Positions 62,209 to 64,000 of a stretch of 64,000 nt of DNA are shown piece by piece (within the stretch, counting starts at the first letter, position 1; the number at the start of each line of letters is the position of its first letter). The stretch comes from Octopus sinensis (lineage: Eukaryota), in NCBI RefSeq assembly GCF_006345805.1, contig NC_043001.1:14012001-14076000 (forward strand). Reading direction: 5' to 3'. Both the position numbers and the translations under genes were made by a program. The notes under the pieces are model-generated. The model searched no databases. It worked only from the letters and a program-made list of their open reading frames with translations, and was not told where the DNA came from.

Positions 62209-62442
62209 CATATATATATATGCGTGTGTGTTTTTGTGTGTCTGTGTTTGTCCCCCTAGCATCGATTGACAACCGATGCTGGTGTGTTTATGTCCCCGTT
62301 ACTTAGCGGTTCGGCAAAAGAGACCGATAGAATAAGTACTGGGCTTACAAAAGAATAAGTTCCGGGGTCGAGTTGCTCGATTAAAGGCTGTGCTCCAGCA
62401 TGGCCGCAGTCAAATGACTGAAACAAGTAAAAGAGTAAAGAG

Positions 62443-62443
<1 letters not shown>
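62002..62443 (+). mobile_element. SINE-A
   Basis: Head and tail. Confidence 0.9.
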
Positions 62444-62488
<45 letters not shown>

Positions 62489-63432
62489 CACAAGTAAGCA
62501 TACATAGATATACACAAACATCTCTACGTATTTTCATATGTATGTGTCTGTGAACCTTTGTGTATATGTCGGCGTTGGTATGAACACTTGAAACCACTCC
62601 CTTGAACTAAAGTGCGTTTTTCTCTGTCGGTCGGTCAATCTATCAATAGAACTACACTTAACTATCTTTATGAATCACCATCCTCTTCGACCCGATAACT
62701 CCTCAATCACTTTCTTCCACAGACATAAACAAACATACAGCTTTCAACTTCATTAGTTAACACCACCCCCAATACACCAAACAACATTCTCCGTAAATAA
62801 ATAATTAGCTTTTAAAATATTGGAACATCACTCTCTCGTATTCTACTCGATGAACTTCATTGTGTCCAAAACAAATTTACTCACCCTGAAAGCTTTCACT
62901 CACAAATCAATCACGCTACCACCAAACCTCTAGCACTCAATCTAAGTTCTGGCTTTTTGCCATTAAGGCCGAAAGTCTGTTTTGTGCACCTAAGAAGTCC
63001 TTTCTCGCATATAATCTTCTCTCGCAAATAAACTATGTACGTTTCTTCCCTCGCTTTTTAATTACCGCAGATTGACAAATTAAAACTACCTAACTTGTCT
63101 TCTAATGACCCCAAAACAAATCTGTAGGTGGAAGAGTTGCCTGTATTTTATTTATTTATTTTTTTTTTTTACACATCTTATCTGACCTTCTCCATAATGA
63201 TTGTATGAACAGAAACCCTACTTGAAAAACAGAAGTCTAAAAAGCACATATACATGTGTGTGTGTGAAAATATATATATATATATATATATATCATATTA
63301 AATTAGAGATAAAACCACTATTAGGTAAATCAAACAATGAAAAACATAAGCCAATACATAAAATTAATTAATTTATATTATTTTAAATATATATCAGAAG
63401 TATTAAAAGTTTAATAAAAGATAATGAGTAAA

Positions 63433-63495
<63 letters not shown>

Positions 63496-63499
63496 AACA

Positions 63500-63630
63500 C
63501 ACGATCTCTATTGATCGTTGTTTTACGATCCCTTTTGATCAAAAATCTACCCCACCTTTTTTTTTTCTTTTCTCCCCAAAAAGAAAAGCTCTACTTTGTA
63601 ATTTGTCCCCTTGTGTGGCTAATAAGAAAC
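63500..63630 (+). mobile_element. Family I LINE 3' end
   Basis: aaagctctactttgtaatttgtccccttgtgtggctaataagaaac then (AC)n. Confidence 0.65.
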
Positions 63631-63645
63631 ACACACACACACATA

Positions 63646-63693
<48 letters not shown>

Positions 63694-63792
63694 TCACACA
63701 CACGTGCATATATCTACGCATATATATATATGTGTATTTATAGTGTGCGGTGTGTTTGTATACATACATACATACATACACACACATATGAA

Positions 63793-63960
63793 GGTGCAAG
63801 CGTGGCTGTGTGGTAAGAAGCTTGCTTCCCAATCACATGGGTTCCGTGTTCAGTTCCATTGCGCGGCACATTGGACAAGTGCCTTCTTCTATAGTCTCGC
63901 GTCGAGCAAAGCCCTGTGAGGGGACTTGGTAGATGGAAAAGGAAAGAACCCCGTCGTATA
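63793..63960 (+). mobile_element. SINE-A 5' half, diverged
   Basis: Head cgtggctgtgtggtaagaagc. Confidence 0.75.
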
Positions 63961-64000
63961 CATATCTATGTATGTCTTTGTGCTACATAACCCCAAAAAC

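Overview
This is repeat-saturated, AT-rich animal genomic DNA. The SINE repertoire, microsatellite load and TE mix suggest an octopod cephalopod (Octopus-like); this is an inference, not a database match. I could not identify any host protein-coding gene with confidence. Most ORFs in the track are microsatellite or SINE artefacts; the rest are decayed transposon ORFs. Contents: four tRNA-derived SINE groups, given working names A, B, C and E (about 45 copies, often nested); two mariner relics; one clear and one probable hAT relic; two non-autonomous Helitron families sharing a 3' end; R4/Dong-type, CR1/L2-type, I/Jockey-type and probable Tx1-type LINE fragments; Penelope-like elements with hammerhead-ribozyme-like motifs; several MITE/fold-back inverted repeats; a 185-bp tandem array; and a 1.1-kb (ATC/GAT)n minisatellite. 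The most interesting signals are: (1) SINE-B head-to-tail concatemers with a fixed junction, TSDs and locus-private shared variants; (2) SINE-B self-targeting of (ATT)n tails; (3) two probable SINE-LINE partnerships visible through shared 3' ends; (4) Penelope termini with minimal, partly non-canonical hammerheads, one next to a tRNA-like segment; (5) a microhomology-bounded templated insertion; (6) long RNA hairpins. Coordinates of degenerate repeats are approximate (about +/-10 nt).
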